The notes: generated from the letters alone by a model not told the origin. Shown: positions 49,148 to 59,287, counted from the stretch's first letter. The stretch is DNA of 64,000 nt from Candidatus Bathyarchaeia archaeon (GCA_038883335.1 JAVZMI010000002.1:9242-73241); one strand, 5' to 3'. Translations and numbers: made by a program.

Positions 49148-51874
49148 TTAACTTTGCTCAACCAGCTGCTGGATCTGGTTCCATAGGTCTTGGAACCGCT
49201 GGAAGTGCTTACCCGCCTCCTCATATTTGCCTTGAGCCCAGAGCTGGTGGTAAGCTTGGAGTTCATCGTTCGCCTGTTTTATGAGCTCCTCCAGTGTAAG
49301 CTCAGTTGGTGGAGGAGTTGGCGGCGGCGTTACAGCGGCGCCTGGGAGGGTATTCAAGAAGGCTTTGAAGGCTGCCTGAGCCGTGTTCCCAAGACCGACA
49401 TAATATTCGCCTGTAAAAGTAGCGCCTACCGCGGCTATGGTACCTATCTCGCTTACCACACCCCCAGCGCCGGCGGTGTAGACTGGTATGAAATATACGT
49501 CATAGTCACCTATCCGGTAAATTATGTTGTCACCTACTCTTGGTGCGCGGAGTAGCGTTCTGAGTGTGGCAAAGTCCGGATTCCTCTCCAATGCCTCTCT
49601 CACAGCCGTGGGCCCTAGCAGCTTAGTCGGCGATTCTGTGTCAACTTGATAGAAGGTCATCTGGCCGAAATTGTCATACTCGTTGTCCACTATCATATAA
49701 CCAGCCAAGTTTCGGCCCGCTGCCCCCTTCAACTCTAATGACAACAACCCTACATACTTGATTTCCTCGGAGCCAGGAGGCTGGCTCATTACGTAGTAGG
49801 TAGTTAACCCTGCAGGCACCTCGTAGAACATTCTTCCAACAATAAATGTGACAGGATCTCTTACATGGTAGTAGTTATACATGCCCACTCGCCACTCGAA
49901 GAGTTCTTGCGGGTATCTTAGTTGGTCACGGAGCCAGTCTGGGACCTCGCTCATAACGTAGTCGCTGTAGACAGTTTTGAATAGTGTACTGAAGAAGTCG
50001 TCGCCTAAGACTAGGAGTTGGATGCTACCATTGTAGATATCAATTAGAGCGTAGCCTGTTAGCCTCATGAAGTAGTTTTCCCTGCTCCAAGGTACATTAT
50101 TGACGTTGAGGTTCACTATTAACGGCATCAGCCAATAGGTATCTTTCCCGTCGGTCACGGGCAGCATATCAACTTGCTTCTCGCCGAAGGTATACTGGAA
50201 GTAGGGGAAGAGTAAGCTTGTACGGTCATATACATCCTTATATCGCATTACATGGACGGTTTGGTCGCGGAAAGATAGGAAGAATATAAACTCGAAGATC
50301 CAACTCAATGGCGGCTGGAGATCTATCCCGCCAGTCCCATCGTAGAAGAAGTTCTCTATCTCGTCTGTTGTCTGACGGCCAACAGGGTAAGCAGCCCAGA
50401 CTTCGTGGAGAAGACCTCCTTCACCATAATAGATTCTTCTCTGTTTGAAGAAACTTCCAGTATCAACGATCGTGCCTTTGTTGGCGTCTAACATTAAGAA
50501 ACCCCTGGGGGCGTGAGTGTAAACTAGATGTTCGGCATACCATTTATCTTGCTGTAAGACGGTAGCAGGCAGGACTGGTTTCATCGAGGCACTCCAATAC
50601 AAAGTCTTATTGAAGCGTAATATGTCTGAATCCTGGAAATCTAGATACGGGATGAGCCCTATCTCGGGCTTCAGCTTGGCGAATGCCGCTTCCCAATCCC
50701 ATAACCTTATACGATCTAAAATCTCAGCGTTTTCTGAGATTACCGCGTCGGCTCCTTCAGACGGAGCCTTTAACATACCGAAATGATGGGGCACCTCCTG
50801 TACTTCGTCAAGTTGGGCTAGATAGCGGTTGACAGAAATTTGTTGCGTCACGTAAGGACCCAGCCATTCGCGTTTTCTGGCGTCGGCAGTGCTGTTCTGT
50901 ATTGCGATAGCTGAGCTTACTATGAGAACTATCAGGGCTACAGCTACCATTCTAGTGAATATGCCACGCTTTGTGAGAAATAAACCCAACCCTCTGTCTT
51001 TTACGCCGTCCAGATATGCAAAGAAGCAGAACAATATTCCAGCGGCAGCGAGGCCTCCGATAATGAGCTTAGTGTTGTAGTCTATGTAGGAAGTGAAGAA
51101 CGAGTTTATCACCCCCCAAAAAAGCCCCATAGCGATAAGTGCCTCCACTACCGCCACTCGCCAACCTATTCTCCGCCTCCCCTCACTCATCTCCACAACT
51201 GAGGGTGTGAAAACTCTGATGAGTTGCGTGAGGGCGACTAGGAGACCTAGGCGTATTCCTATGGCTCCAAGTACCGGGGCGATGATGAGGCTTAAGGCAG
51301 GCACCATAGGGATGACGATCTCTTGGGCGTATGCCGTGTCGAAGGGCGGGGTGACGAAGGGAAGACTGAAGATGCCAGTTACGGAACCCAAATTAGCGTC
51401 CCACCCATCCACCATAGCCACCACAGCCATCCCAAATAGGAGGTTCATGAGCAGCAACATCCCAAGAATCACTTTGGTAGCCTGCCATGCGACGAAGTTG
51501 AAAGGCGTCATCCTGAAGGTTTTGAAATCTAAGTAGTTCGGGGGAACAGCCTCCAGGATGCCTCTCTGGCGGATGAGCCGTATTATTAGACGGACAGCCC
51601 ACCAAACGATAGAGCGCCTGTTCTTAATATCGATTCGTGCGAAGGCAATTACTGCCAAGATAAAGCCCCCGACCAGTTGGAAGTAAATGGGGCGTATGTA
51701 GAGATCACCAAACTCCAATATGTTAAGGTAGAACCATAGAATATTCCCAACAGAGGCTAAGCTGATAATCATCGCCAAGGCGGCTACTAGCATTACGCGT
51801 AGCAACCGCGGATAAGCCGCTTTGGTGGCGCCTCCTCCCATGGCATCATCTGAACCCATTGCGTCATCCAGCAC
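49148..51874 (-). CDS. UPF0182 family membrane protein
   Basis: Multi-TM N-terminus with RIRLWD, HLVYTH, RIYYGE, IDIYNG, LRYPQELF and YHV motifs. Confidence 0.85.
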   Translation of the reverse strand: MLDDAMGSDDAMGGGATKAAYPRLLRVMLVAALAMIISLASVGNILWFYLNILEFGDLYIRPIYFQLVGGFILAVIAFARIDIKNRRSIVWWAVRLIIRLIRQRGILEAVPPNYLDFKTFRMTPFNFVAWQATKVILGMLLLMNLLFGMAVVAMVDGWDANLGSVTGIFSLPFVTPPFDTAYAQEIVIPMVPALSLIIAPVLGAIGIRLGLLVALTQLIRVFTPSVVEMSEGRRRIGWRVAVVEALIAMGLFWGVINSFFTSYIDYNTKLIIGGLAAAGILFCFFAYLDGVKDRGLGLFLTKRGIFTRMVAVALIVLIVSSAIAIQNSTADARKREWLGPYVTQQISVNRYLAQLDEVQEVPHHFGMLKAPSEGADAVISENAEILDRIRLWDWEAAFAKLKPEIGLIPYLDFQDSDILRFNKTLYWSASMKPVLPATVLQQDKWYAEHLVYTHAPRGFLMLDANKGTIVDTGSFFKQRRIYYGEGGLLHEVWAAYPVGRQTTDEIENFFYDGTGGIDLQPPLSWIFEFIFFLSFRDQTVHVMRYKDVYDRTSLLFPYFQYTFGEKQVDMLPVTDGKDTYWLMPLIVNLNVNNVPWSRENYFMRLTGYALIDIYNGSIQLLVLGDDFFSTLFKTVYSDYVMSEVPDWLRDQLRYPQELFEWRVGMYNYYHVRDPVTFIVGRMFYEVPAGLTTYYVMSQPPGSEEIKYVGLLSLELKGAAGRNLAGYMIVDNEYDNFGQMTFYQVDTESPTKLLGPTAVREALERNPDFATLRTLLRAPRVGDNIIYRIGDYDVYFIPVYTAGAGGVVSEIGTIAAVGATFTGEYYVGLGNTAQAAFKAFLNTLPGAAVTPPPTPPPTELTLEELIKQANDELQAYHQLWAQGKYEEAGKHFQRFQDLWNQIQQLVEQS

Positions 51875-52166
51875 AGGCAGATTTAGTAACCAACATTAAA
51901 GCCCACCTATTTTTAAATCTATGTATTTACTTTGAGGATATACCGAAACTTTTTAGCTCGCCTAGCGGAATCCATCAAACTCAGTGCATGCGAAGAATGC
52001 CACACAACCTTAAAACGTAATTTTTAATTGGTGGATAGTCCACGGTTTTCATTGCCAAACTCTTAAAATATCAGCCCACTCAATTTCAACCACCATGAGA
52101 CGCTGAAGGGTGCATCTAACTTTATTAGAGGCAGAAGTTAAAAATCTAAGCCAACAGGGGAACACT

Positions 52167-52412
52167 ATGAGTGAAGTTAAGACTTTCAAAGTGAAAGGAG
52201 AGGTTAAAACTGGCTTCAAGGGAATGCCCTTCGCGAAAGAAGTCAGGGCACTCAGTATGGAGGAGGCTGTGGGGAAAGTCTACGATGAGATCGGCAGTAA
52301 GCATGGAGTGAAGCGGCATCAGATTAAAATTCTAAACGCAGAGGAGATAGACCCCCACACAGCCAAAAATCCTCTAATAGCTAAGTTATCAAGAAATGGT
52401 GAACAGAAATGA
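52167..52412 (+). CDS. rpl18a: 50S ribosomal protein L18Ae/LX (eL20)
   Basis: FKVKG, FAKEVRA and GSKHGVKRHQIKI motifs; ATG 52167. Confidence 0.93.
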   Translation: MSEVKTFKVKGEVKTGFKGMPFAKEVRALSMEEAVGKVYDEIGSKHGVKRHQIKILNAEEIDPHTAKNPLIAKLSRNGEQK

Positions 52413-52846
52413 GCGACGGATCCAAGGAGGAGTTGGAAGATAAGCTGAGGAATCTAATCATCGAATCCCGAATTTTAGAAGGTACCGCCTCGGAGATACA
52501 AGCCAGGATAGGAGTCGTAGACGCCGCAGCGAGGGAGTATAGGGTCTCAGAACTCACTTTGGCGGGGCTGAAGGAAGTTGGGAAAGGATCTGAAATACTC
52601 GTCCCAATAGGTGGAGGGTCATATCTAAAAGCTTCGATCGCCGACGTAGAGAATGTTGTCACTGGCATAGGAGCGGGTGTTACTCTCGAGAAGAGACTCC
52701 CTGAGGCTGAAAGCTACGTAAAAACTAGGATAGAGGAGCTTAAAAAGGTGAGGTCTGCGTTAGAGGAACAATTTAGCCAGGTAATGGGAAGGATGCAAGC
52801 GGTGAGGCGAGAGATGGAGCAAGTTATAGCTAAACTGAGAATGTGA
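52409..52846 (+). CDS. pfdA: Prefoldin alpha subunit
   Basis: EILVPIGGGSY and GIGAGVTLEK between coiled coils. Confidence 0.93.
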   Translation: MSDGSKEELEDKLRNLIIESRILEGTASEIQARIGVVDAAAREYRVSELTLAGLKEVGKGSEILVPIGGGSYLKASIADVENVVTGIGAGVTLEKRLPEAESYVKTRIEELKKVRSALEEQFSQVMGRMQAVRREMEQVIAKLRM

Positions 52847-52853
52847 CTACCTG

Positions 52854-53765
52854 ATGTTCGAACGGTTAAAGAGAAGTTTCAGCTTCCTCATCGAAAAGGT
52901 TACAACCGAGACGTTAAGCGAGGAGAAACTTGACTCTATCCTATGGGATTTTAAAGTAGCCCTTATGGAGAGTGATGTAGCCTTAGCTGTAGTAGATAAG
53001 ATCTGTGAGGATCTTAAGAAAAATCTCGCCGGGTTGAAGGTTGGAAGACTGGAAGACAGAAAGAAGATCGTGAAGGAGGCTCTAGTGAAGTCACTTATAG
53101 ATGTGCTAACGCATGAGGGCGAGGTAGACCTCCTAAAGTTAGCCGAAGAGAAACGAAAGCAGAGGATACCTCTCTCCATAGTCTTCGTAGGCATAAACGG
53201 GACTGGAAAGACTACAACCGTAGCCAAAGTTTCACGGCTATTCATGGATAAAGGCTACTCCGTAGTATTAGCTTGCAGCGATACCTATAGAGCTGGCGCG
53301 ATCGAGCAGCTAGAGGAGCATGCCAAGCGCCTCGGAGTGAAGATGATTAAACACCAGTATGGGTCTGACGCTGCCTCGGTAGCTTTCGATGGTGTAGCTT
53401 ATGCGAAGGCGAGGGGGATTAACGTGGTATTAATTGATACGGCTGGTAGGATTGAAACTAACCGTAACCTGCTGGAGGAGATGCGGAAGATAGTGAAGGT
53501 TGTTAACCCTGATTTGGTGATCTTTGTTGGGGACGCTTTAGCTGGGAACGATGCTGCAACGCAGGCGGAGGAGTTCAGCAAGTTCGTACCCATATCTGCG
53601 TCTATACTTACTAAGATGGATGCCGACGCGAAAGGTGGGGCTGCTCTATCGGTGGCTTATGTGACTAAGAAACCTATAATTTTGATTGGAGTTGGCCAAA
53701 CCTATACGGACCTAGTACCCTTTAAACCGGCAGAGTTCGCAGAAACCCTGGTGGGAAAACTGTAG
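52854..53765 (+). CDS. ftsY: SRP receptor FtsY
   Basis: GINGTGKTTT, DTYRAGA, DTAGR and TKMDADAKGG motifs. Confidence 0.97.
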   Translation: MFERLKRSFSFLIEKVTTETLSEEKLDSILWDFKVALMESDVALAVVDKICEDLKKNLAGLKVGRLEDRKKIVKEALVKSLIDVLTHEGEVDLLKLAEEKRKQRIPLSIVFVGINGTGKTTTVAKVSRLFMDKGYSVVLACSDTYRAGAIEQLEEHAKRLGVKMIKHQYGSDAASVAFDGVAYAKARGINVVLIDTAGRIETNRNLLEEMRKIVKVVNPDLVIFVGDALAGNDAATQAEEFSKFVPISASILTKMDADAKGGAALSVAYVTKKPIILIGVGQTYTDLVPFKPAEFAETLVGKL

Positions 53766-53797
53766 GCTTCAGTGTAGCATTATTAGGTGGAACCTAG

Positions 53798-54607
53798 GTG
53801 ACCTATCTTGTAGCGGCCTCAAAGCTTGACTCAGCAGCCCTCAACATTGCAGAGAAGTTAATCGCAAAATATGGCTTCAGGGCGGTTGGGCGGTATGCTG
53901 GGTGGGGTGAAATCTACGAGAGAGACGATGTGAAGTTACTCTACCTTGACATTGACAGTGTCACAGTAACCAGCCTTGAAAGGTTCTCTGACGTTGAGGC
54001 AGTGGTCTTCGCCTCGAGGCATAAGAGCGAGAGCGGTGAACCTACCCTAACAGTACATGCCCCAGGGAACCTAACGGCGGAGGCCAGGCATGGTGGACGC
54101 CCTCGAGAGTTGGCTTGGGCTTGGCCTCAGAGGATGAGAAACGCCTTGAAAAAAATGATGACGAGGGCTGAGGGTACAGAGTATAAGGTCTCCCTAGAGG
54201 CAACACACCACGGTCCAACCTCGCTTACCATGCCTGTCTGGTTTGTGGAGATTGGAGGCTCAGATCGATATTGGTGTGATAGTGAGGCTGGGATGATTGC
54301 AGCTGAGGCGATTTGGGCGTCATTAAAAGAGCCGCCGGAGGGTCGGGGGTGTGTAGGCTTTGGAGGAGGACACTACGCTCCGAGGCATACAGCCATATGT
54401 TTGGAGAGCGATCTGGCAATAGGTCACATCGTCCCAAAATATCTGCTGGATTTGGTCACTGACGCCATAATAGCTGAGGCGCTTAGTAAGACTTTAGGGG
54501 GCTGTAGTGCCGCTGTCATAGATTGGAAGGGGTTTAAAGGTTCTCAGAGAAGCCGTATATTAGGCGCCTTAAGCAAGAGAGGTGTGGTGGAGGTTATAAA
54601 GGTTTAA
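53798..54607 (+). CDS. dtdA: D-aminoacyl-tRNA deacylase (DTD2)
   Basis: SRHKS, LTVHAPGN, EATHHGP, FVEIG, GGGHYAP and GHIVPKY motifs. Confidence 0.93.
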   Translation: MTYLVAASKLDSAALNIAEKLIAKYGFRAVGRYAGWGEIYERDDVKLLYLDIDSVTVTSLERFSDVEAVVFASRHKSESGEPTLTVHAPGNLTAEARHGGRPRELAWAWPQRMRNALKKMMTRAEGTEYKVSLEATHHGPTSLTMPVWFVEIGGSDRYWCDSEAGMIAAEAIWASLKEPPEGRGCVGFGGGHYAPRHTAICLESDLAIGHIVPKYLLDLVTDAIIAEALSKTLGGCSAAVIDWKGFKGSQRSRILGALSKRGVVEVIKV

Positions 54608-54634
54608 AAACCACCATCCTCAAAACTTGGAGGT

Positions 54635-54814
54635 GTGGGCTTGAAGAGTTGGTTCACATCTGCAAGTAAACTGTTACGGTCCGCCTCAAAGCCGGGGATA
54701 GATGAGTTCTGGCTACTGTTCCGAGTATGCCTTATAGGGATAGCAGTGCTAGGAGTTCTTGGCTTCATAATAAGGCTCATCTTTGCCTTGATTGGGCTGG
54801 CTGGGGTAGTGTAG
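54635..54814 (+). CDS. secE: Protein translocase SecE/Sec61 gamma
   Basis: Manual translation: MGLKSWFTSASKLLRSASKPGIDEFWLLFRVCLIGIAVLGVLGFIIRLIFALIGLAGVV (KPxxxEF and GxxGF motifs); upstream of spt5. Confidence 0.9.
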   Translation: MGLKSWFTSASKLLRSASKPGIDEFWLLFRVCLIGIAVLGVLGFIIRLIFALIGLAGVV

Positions 54815-54900
54815 CGGTAAAAGGCCTAAGCGGTAATGGGAGATGTTATATATTTTTAAGCATGTTTGTTCTCTACGGTCTGCTCTCTGAGAGGGGAAAA

Positions 54901-55368
54901 ATGAGTAGCGAAGGTAAAGCCCAGATCTATGTCCTCCGCACAACTGCCGGACAGGAACGCAATGTAGCGAACTTGCTCCAGAGTAGAGCCACTGTCGCTC
55001 ATGCACCCATCTTCAGCATAATGGTTCCAGAAATGTTGAGGGGGTATATCTTCATCGAGGCTTTAGGTCCTCACTTTGTGGATGAACTTGCTTCCGGTGT
55101 CAAGCATGCAAGGCAGAGGGTTGCGGGTGTTGTTAAAGTCTCGGAGTTAGAGAAGTATATAATTACGAAGCCTGTTATCGAGGAGTTGAACGTTGAGGAT
55201 GTAGTGGATGTAATCGGGGGGCCACTTAAAGGCATGAGGGCGAAGATTACCAAAATAGATAAATTGAAGAATGAGGTTACTCTTGAACTTCTAGAGGCAA
55301 CAGTCCCTTTGCCAATAACTGTTCACGCAGATTATGTAAGGTTGGTGGAGCGAGCTAAGAAGGGTTAA
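54901..55368 (+). CDS. spt5: Transcription elongation factor Spt5
   Basis: TTAGQE, RGYIFIE and the KOW motif GGPLKGMRAKI; ATG 54901. Confidence 0.95.
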   Translation: MSSEGKAQIYVLRTTAGQERNVANLLQSRATVAHAPIFSIMVPEMLRGYIFIEALGPHFVDELASGVKHARQRVAGVVKVSELEKYIITKPVIEELNVEDVVDVIGGPLKGMRAKITKIDKLKNEVTLELLEATVPLPITVHADYVRLVERAKKG

Positions 55369-55372
55369 GATT

Positions 55373-55855
55373 ATGGGTGAGCAGAAGATCGTAGAGGCGC
55401 TTGTAAGCGGGGGTAAAGCTACAGCTGGACCACCTCTAGGACCGAGCCTAGGCCCACTGGGGGTTAACGTGGTTGCTGTTGTCAACAAGATAAACGAGTT
55501 GACGAAAGATTATGCTGGCATGAAAGTTCCAGTCAAGATTAAGGTAGATGTCAGCACCAAGCAGTTTGAGGTAGAGCTTGGAACCCCCTCCACCGTGGCG
55601 TTAATAGTGAGGGAGTTGGGCATCCAGAAGGGTTCAGGGAACCCTAAGGCTGTGAAGGTGGGTAACATTACGATGGAACAAATTCGAAAGATAGCGAAGA
55701 TAAAGATGACAGAGACCTATGCGAAGGACCTCAAAGGGGCTGTCAGAGAGGTTTTAGGGGTCTGTACCAGCATGGGTGTCACAGTTGAGGGAAAAGACCC
55801 TAAAGAAGTTGGGAGAGAGGTAAAAGAGGGACTCTACGACGGAGTCCTCAAATAA
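55373..55855 (+). CDS. rpl11: 50S ribosomal protein L11
   Basis: GGKATAGPPLGPSLGPLG and GVCTSMGV motifs. Confidence 0.97.
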   Translation: MGEQKIVEALVSGGKATAGPPLGPSLGPLGVNVVAVVNKINELTKDYAGMKVPVKIKVDVSTKQFEVELGTPSTVALIVRELGIQKGSGNPKAVKVGNITMEQIRKIAKIKMTETYAKDLKGAVREVLGVCTSMGVTVEGKDPKEVGREVKEGLYDGVLK

Positions 55856-55856
55856 A

Positions 55857-56537
55857 TTGATGCAGGGCAGGGGCTTTGTGATGTCTGCAGAGATCAAAAA
55901 GTTTACAGCAGCCTTGGAAGCGATCAAGCGAAGTAGAAAGAGAGGATTCAACCAGTCAGTAGATCTGATAGTTAACCTAAAAGACATCGACATGAAGTCT
56001 GGTAGCAAGATAAATGAGCTGATTGAACTTCCTCACTCCATACAAAAGGCAATTAAGGTATGCGTTGTAGGTTCAGGTCAGATGGCATTAGATGCGAAGA
56101 AGGAGGGGGCAGACGGGGTTCTCCGGAGAGAAGATCTTGAGGTTTTGAGTAAGGATAAGAAGGCTGCTCGGAAGCTCGTATCACAATATGATTTCTTCAT
56201 ATCAGAAGCATCTCTGATGCCAATGGTAGGTAAGACTCTTGGCGTCTTTCTCGGTCCGCGGGGGAAGATGCCTACGCCGGTTCCGCCTAATGCACCCCTC
56301 GGCCCAATAATTGCTCGTCATAAAAAGTCAGTTCAGGTGAAGTTAAAAGATAACCCTACTATTCAGTGTAGAGTTGGAACTGAGGATATGTCAGTCGACC
56401 AGTTGTATGAGAATGTGAAGGCGGTTTTGGAGAGGTTGAAGCAGAAGTTGGAGCGTGGTGCGAGGAACATCGGAGCGATTTACCTCAAAACCACTATGGG
56501 GGAGCCAATTAAGATTGAGTTGGGAGATGAGAAGTAG
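55857..56537 (+). CDS. rpl1: 50S ribosomal protein L1 (start probably about 55881)
   Basis: FNQSVDL, LGPRGKMP and KTTMG motifs. Confidence 0.96.
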   Translation: MMQGRGFVMSAEIKKFTAALEAIKRSRKRGFNQSVDLIVNLKDIDMKSGSKINELIELPHSIQKAIKVCVVGSGQMALDAKKEGADGVLRREDLEVLSKDKKAARKLVSQYDFFISEASLMPMVGKTLGVFLGPRGKMPTPVPPNAPLGPIIARHKKSVQVKLKDNPTIQCRVGTEDMSVDQLYENVKAVLERLKQKLERGARNIGAIYLKTTMGEPIKIELGDEK

Positions 56538-57418
56538 TGGCTCTAAAACTGAAGGAAGTAAAGGATTGGAAGAGAAGCGAAGTCAAGAAGATCATTGAGC
56601 TCATTCGAAAATATAGGGTAGTAGCTTTAGCTGACCTTTACAAGGTGAGAGCGGCTCAGATCCAAGAGCTGAGGAAGAAGTTGAGGGGAGAACTTGTCTT
56701 CAGATGTTCCAAGTCTAGTCTCTTGAAGAGGGCTCTAAAGGAAGTGGCAGCCGAGAAGCCCAATATTGACAGGCTGATGGAGAGTCTCAACAGATCTAGT
56801 GCCTGCATCTACACAGAACTCGACGCCTTCAAGCTCTCCTTCCTCCTTGAGAAGAGCAAGATCCCCATGCCAGCTAAGGCTGAAGATATAGCCCCGCGTG
56901 ACATTGTGATTGCTGAAGGTAATACTGGGATGCCTCCAGGACCGATAATAAGCGAGTTCACTGAGTTGAATGTGCCTACCAAGATTGAGGGCGGAAGCAT
57001 CTGGATAGTTGAGGATACCGTGGTGGTGGAGAAGGGAAAACCCATCTCCGCCAAGGTTGCGAGCCTTCTATCTAAGTTAGGTATAAAACCGATGGAGAGC
57101 GGAATAAGCATCAATATTGCCTATGAGAATGGACTGATCTACCCCCAAGAACTGTTAAGGATAGACCTCCAAGCGACAAAGGCAAGCCTCCAGAAGGCGG
57201 TTGAGGATGCTTTCAACCTCGCCCTGAACTTGGCGTACCCAACACCTGAAACCCTACCGATACTTTTAGGGCGTGGCATTCAAGAGTCTATGAACCTCGC
57301 GGCAGCTGGCGTAGATTTCGGCAAGGATACACTCCCCCTATTACTGGGTAAGTGCCATAGCGAAGCTGTAGTCTTATTGGAAAAGTTGAAAGAGAAGGCC
57401 CCCACATTAGCATCATAA
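56537..57418 (+). CDS. rpl10: 50S ribosomal protein L10/P0
   Basis: DWKRSEV, QELRKKLR, GNTGMPPGP and LSKLGIKP motifs. Confidence 0.95.
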   Translation: MALKLKEVKDWKRSEVKKIIELIRKYRVVALADLYKVRAAQIQELRKKLRGELVFRCSKSSLLKRALKEVAAEKPNIDRLMESLNRSSACIYTELDAFKLSFLLEKSKIPMPAKAEDIAPRDIVIAEGNTGMPPGPIISEFTELNVPTKIEGGSIWIVEDTVVVEKGKPISAKVASLLSKLGIKPMESGISINIAYENGLIYPQELLRIDLQATKASLQKAVEDAFNLALNLAYPTPETLPILLGRGIQESMNLAAAGVDFGKDTLPLLLGKCHSEAVVLLEKLKEKAPTLAS

Positions 57419-57476
57419 AGAGGCAAACGTCCAGCTTGAGGGGCTAGCGGTTGGAGGACTCCATGTTCAGATGGTC

Positions 57477-58697
57477 CTACGGCCCCTTCAAGTTTAACCT
57501 CTTAAGAACCTTTGATATGAGTCGTTGTGAGGCAGCTGTCTTTATACCTTGGGGATTGAAATGTGTGAGAGCTGCCTCAAACCCCTCCTGCCTCAGCGCC
57601 TCAACTATGCGGGATATCGGTGGAGTTTGGAGATTTAGAAGGTCGCAAAGACGACTTGGAATATAATAGGTTGGGGGGGCCCCAATCTCTCCTATAATCC
57701 TTTTTACTATACTTTCAACACGCCTTGCATGGCTGAGGCGTGTGCCTCCGATTGCTTCCTCGATTCTCTGACAGAGGTTTTTATTCCACAGTCCGCCTAA
57801 CCAGAGAGGCCCAGCGTATTCAAACTCTCCACCACACTCTTCACAGGATAACCCAAGAAACTTCGGGAAGAGGCCTCTAGCGGGCGTACGGTTTAAACAT
57901 CTGAAGCAGTGAAGGATGAAGCCCATGGCTTCCAAGTATGAGTCTGCGTCTCTCGCCCCACGCTTCAGTCTTAGGTATACCCTCACATAATGATCAGTGT
58001 AGTGGCAGAAGAGAGGTTCAGCAACCTGATCCTTACTCGCAGCTACCCGGATAGCAAACCCAACTAGGAGCCTAACAGCTAACTCATGGCAGTACTCAGT
58101 TCGCAGAGGTTTAGCCCCATAACGCCTTACACATGCCTTTTGATGTGTACCACATAAGGGGGCCATATCGGTAGCAGTGAGAGCTACGACCCCTCCATCA
58201 CGTAAAGCCCTAAATGCCGAGTCGAGGAATGGAGCTGGAGAGCCGAAAGGGTCTAGATCTATATAGTCGAATCGACAACCTGGTTGTGCGTGGAGGCTTA
58301 GTAGAAGGTTAGCATCTTTATCTTCAACCTTCACCAAACCGTCGAAACCTAACCTTTCGACGTTTAATTTAGCTAGTTGAGCTGCATTGGGGTTCAGATC
58401 ATTGATCACGATCTCTCTTATGCCCTTGACCTCGGACGCAAACCTGAGGCCTCTCACCCCGCAGCCTGTGAGGGGTTCACATACTCTTAGAGGACGACCA
58501 ACCAACTCTTGGAATACCTTCAGGAATATAACGGCTACATCTCTGTTGAGACCCATTCGGGGGTTATAGAATACTGGACTTTTGAGAACACCACTACCTC
58601 CCATGAATTCAATCTTAGGAATTAGAAAGGAGACACCACCTTCCTCAGCCTCTACTAGAGGAAACCCTACCCCTAGCGAAGAGCAACCACCAACCAG
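57477..58697 (-). CDS. trm1: tRNA (guanine26-N2)-dimethyltransferase; probable CTG start
   Basis: VFYNPRM..NRD, GVRGLR, DLDPFGSP, TATD, HE..R and GPLWLG motifs; in-frame extension containing EEG..FLIP from CTG 58697. Confidence 0.93.
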   Translation of the reverse strand: MVGGCSSLGVGFPLVEAEEGGVSFLIPKIEFMGGSGVLKSPVFYNPRMGLNRDVAVIFLKVFQELVGRPLRVCEPLTGCGVRGLRFASEVKGIREIVINDLNPNAAQLAKLNVERLGFDGLVKVEDKDANLLLSLHAQPGCRFDYIDLDPFGSPAPFLDSAFRALRDGGVVALTATDMAPLCGTHQKACVRRYGAKPLRTEYCHELAVRLLVGFAIRVAASKDQVAEPLFCHYTDHYVRVYLRLKRGARDADSYLEAMGFILHCFRCLNRTPARGLFPKFLGLSCEECGGEFEYAGPLWLGGLWNKNLCQRIEEAIGGTRLSHARRVESIVKRIIGEIGAPPTYYIPSRLCDLLNLQTPPISRIVEALRQEGFEAALTHFNPQGIKTAASQRLISKVLKRLNLKGP

Positions 58698-58753
58698 GAG
58701 TCCTTCACCACCAGTGAAGTTATTTTTACCTCAACACTTAAGATTATAGCAGA

Positions 58754-59287
58754 TTGAAGAAGCTAATCTTCCTGACAGGCCACCCGGGGGTAGGTAAGAC
58801 GACAGCCCTCAGAAGGGCGATAAACCTACTCACAGAGAGAGGTTTGAGAGTGGGCGGGATGGTCTCCTCCGAGATTAGAGAAGGGGGGAGACGCGTTGGC
58901 TTCGAGGTTATTGATATCTCCACGAGCCGAAGGGGCATCTTAGCCCAGGTTTACAAAGGCGTAGGACCCAGATTCGGCAGGTATACTGTGAACATTGCGG
59001 ACTTGGTCGCGGTAGGTGTTAACGCGATAAAGAGGGCAGTGAACACCGCCGACATAATTGTCGTGGATGAGGTCGGGCCTATGGAATTACTCTCACCTGA
59101 ATTCAGGGAGGCTGTGAAAAAGGCAGTGGACTCTGGAAAGGTTGTGGTAGGCACGCTTCACCATAATGCAAGAGGTGATCTGATAGACTGGATAAGATCT
59201 AACCTCGCCTCCAAAATAATCGAGGTCACACTAGCCAACAGGGAAGGATTACCTAGAGCTATAGTTGATATGGTATTAGACGCATAA
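58754..59287 (+). CDS. Nucleoside triphosphatase, THEP1 family
   Basis: TGHPGVGKTT, EIREGGRRVGF, GRYTV and VDEVGPMEL motifs. Confidence 0.92.
   Translation: MKKLIFLTGHPGVGKTTALRRAINLLTERGLRVGGMVSSEIREGGRRVGFEVIDISTSRRGILAQVYKGVGPRFGRYTVNIADLVAVGVNAIKRAVNTADIIVVDEVGPMELLSPEFREAVKKAVDSGKVVVGTLHHNARGDLIDWIRSNLASKIIEVTLANREGLPRAIVDMVLDA

Noticed and set aside
54727..54900. N-terminal extension of Spt5 in the ORF track
   Set aside because: It overlaps the real secE gene; ATG 54901 follows a TATA-like tract and a purine-rich SD.
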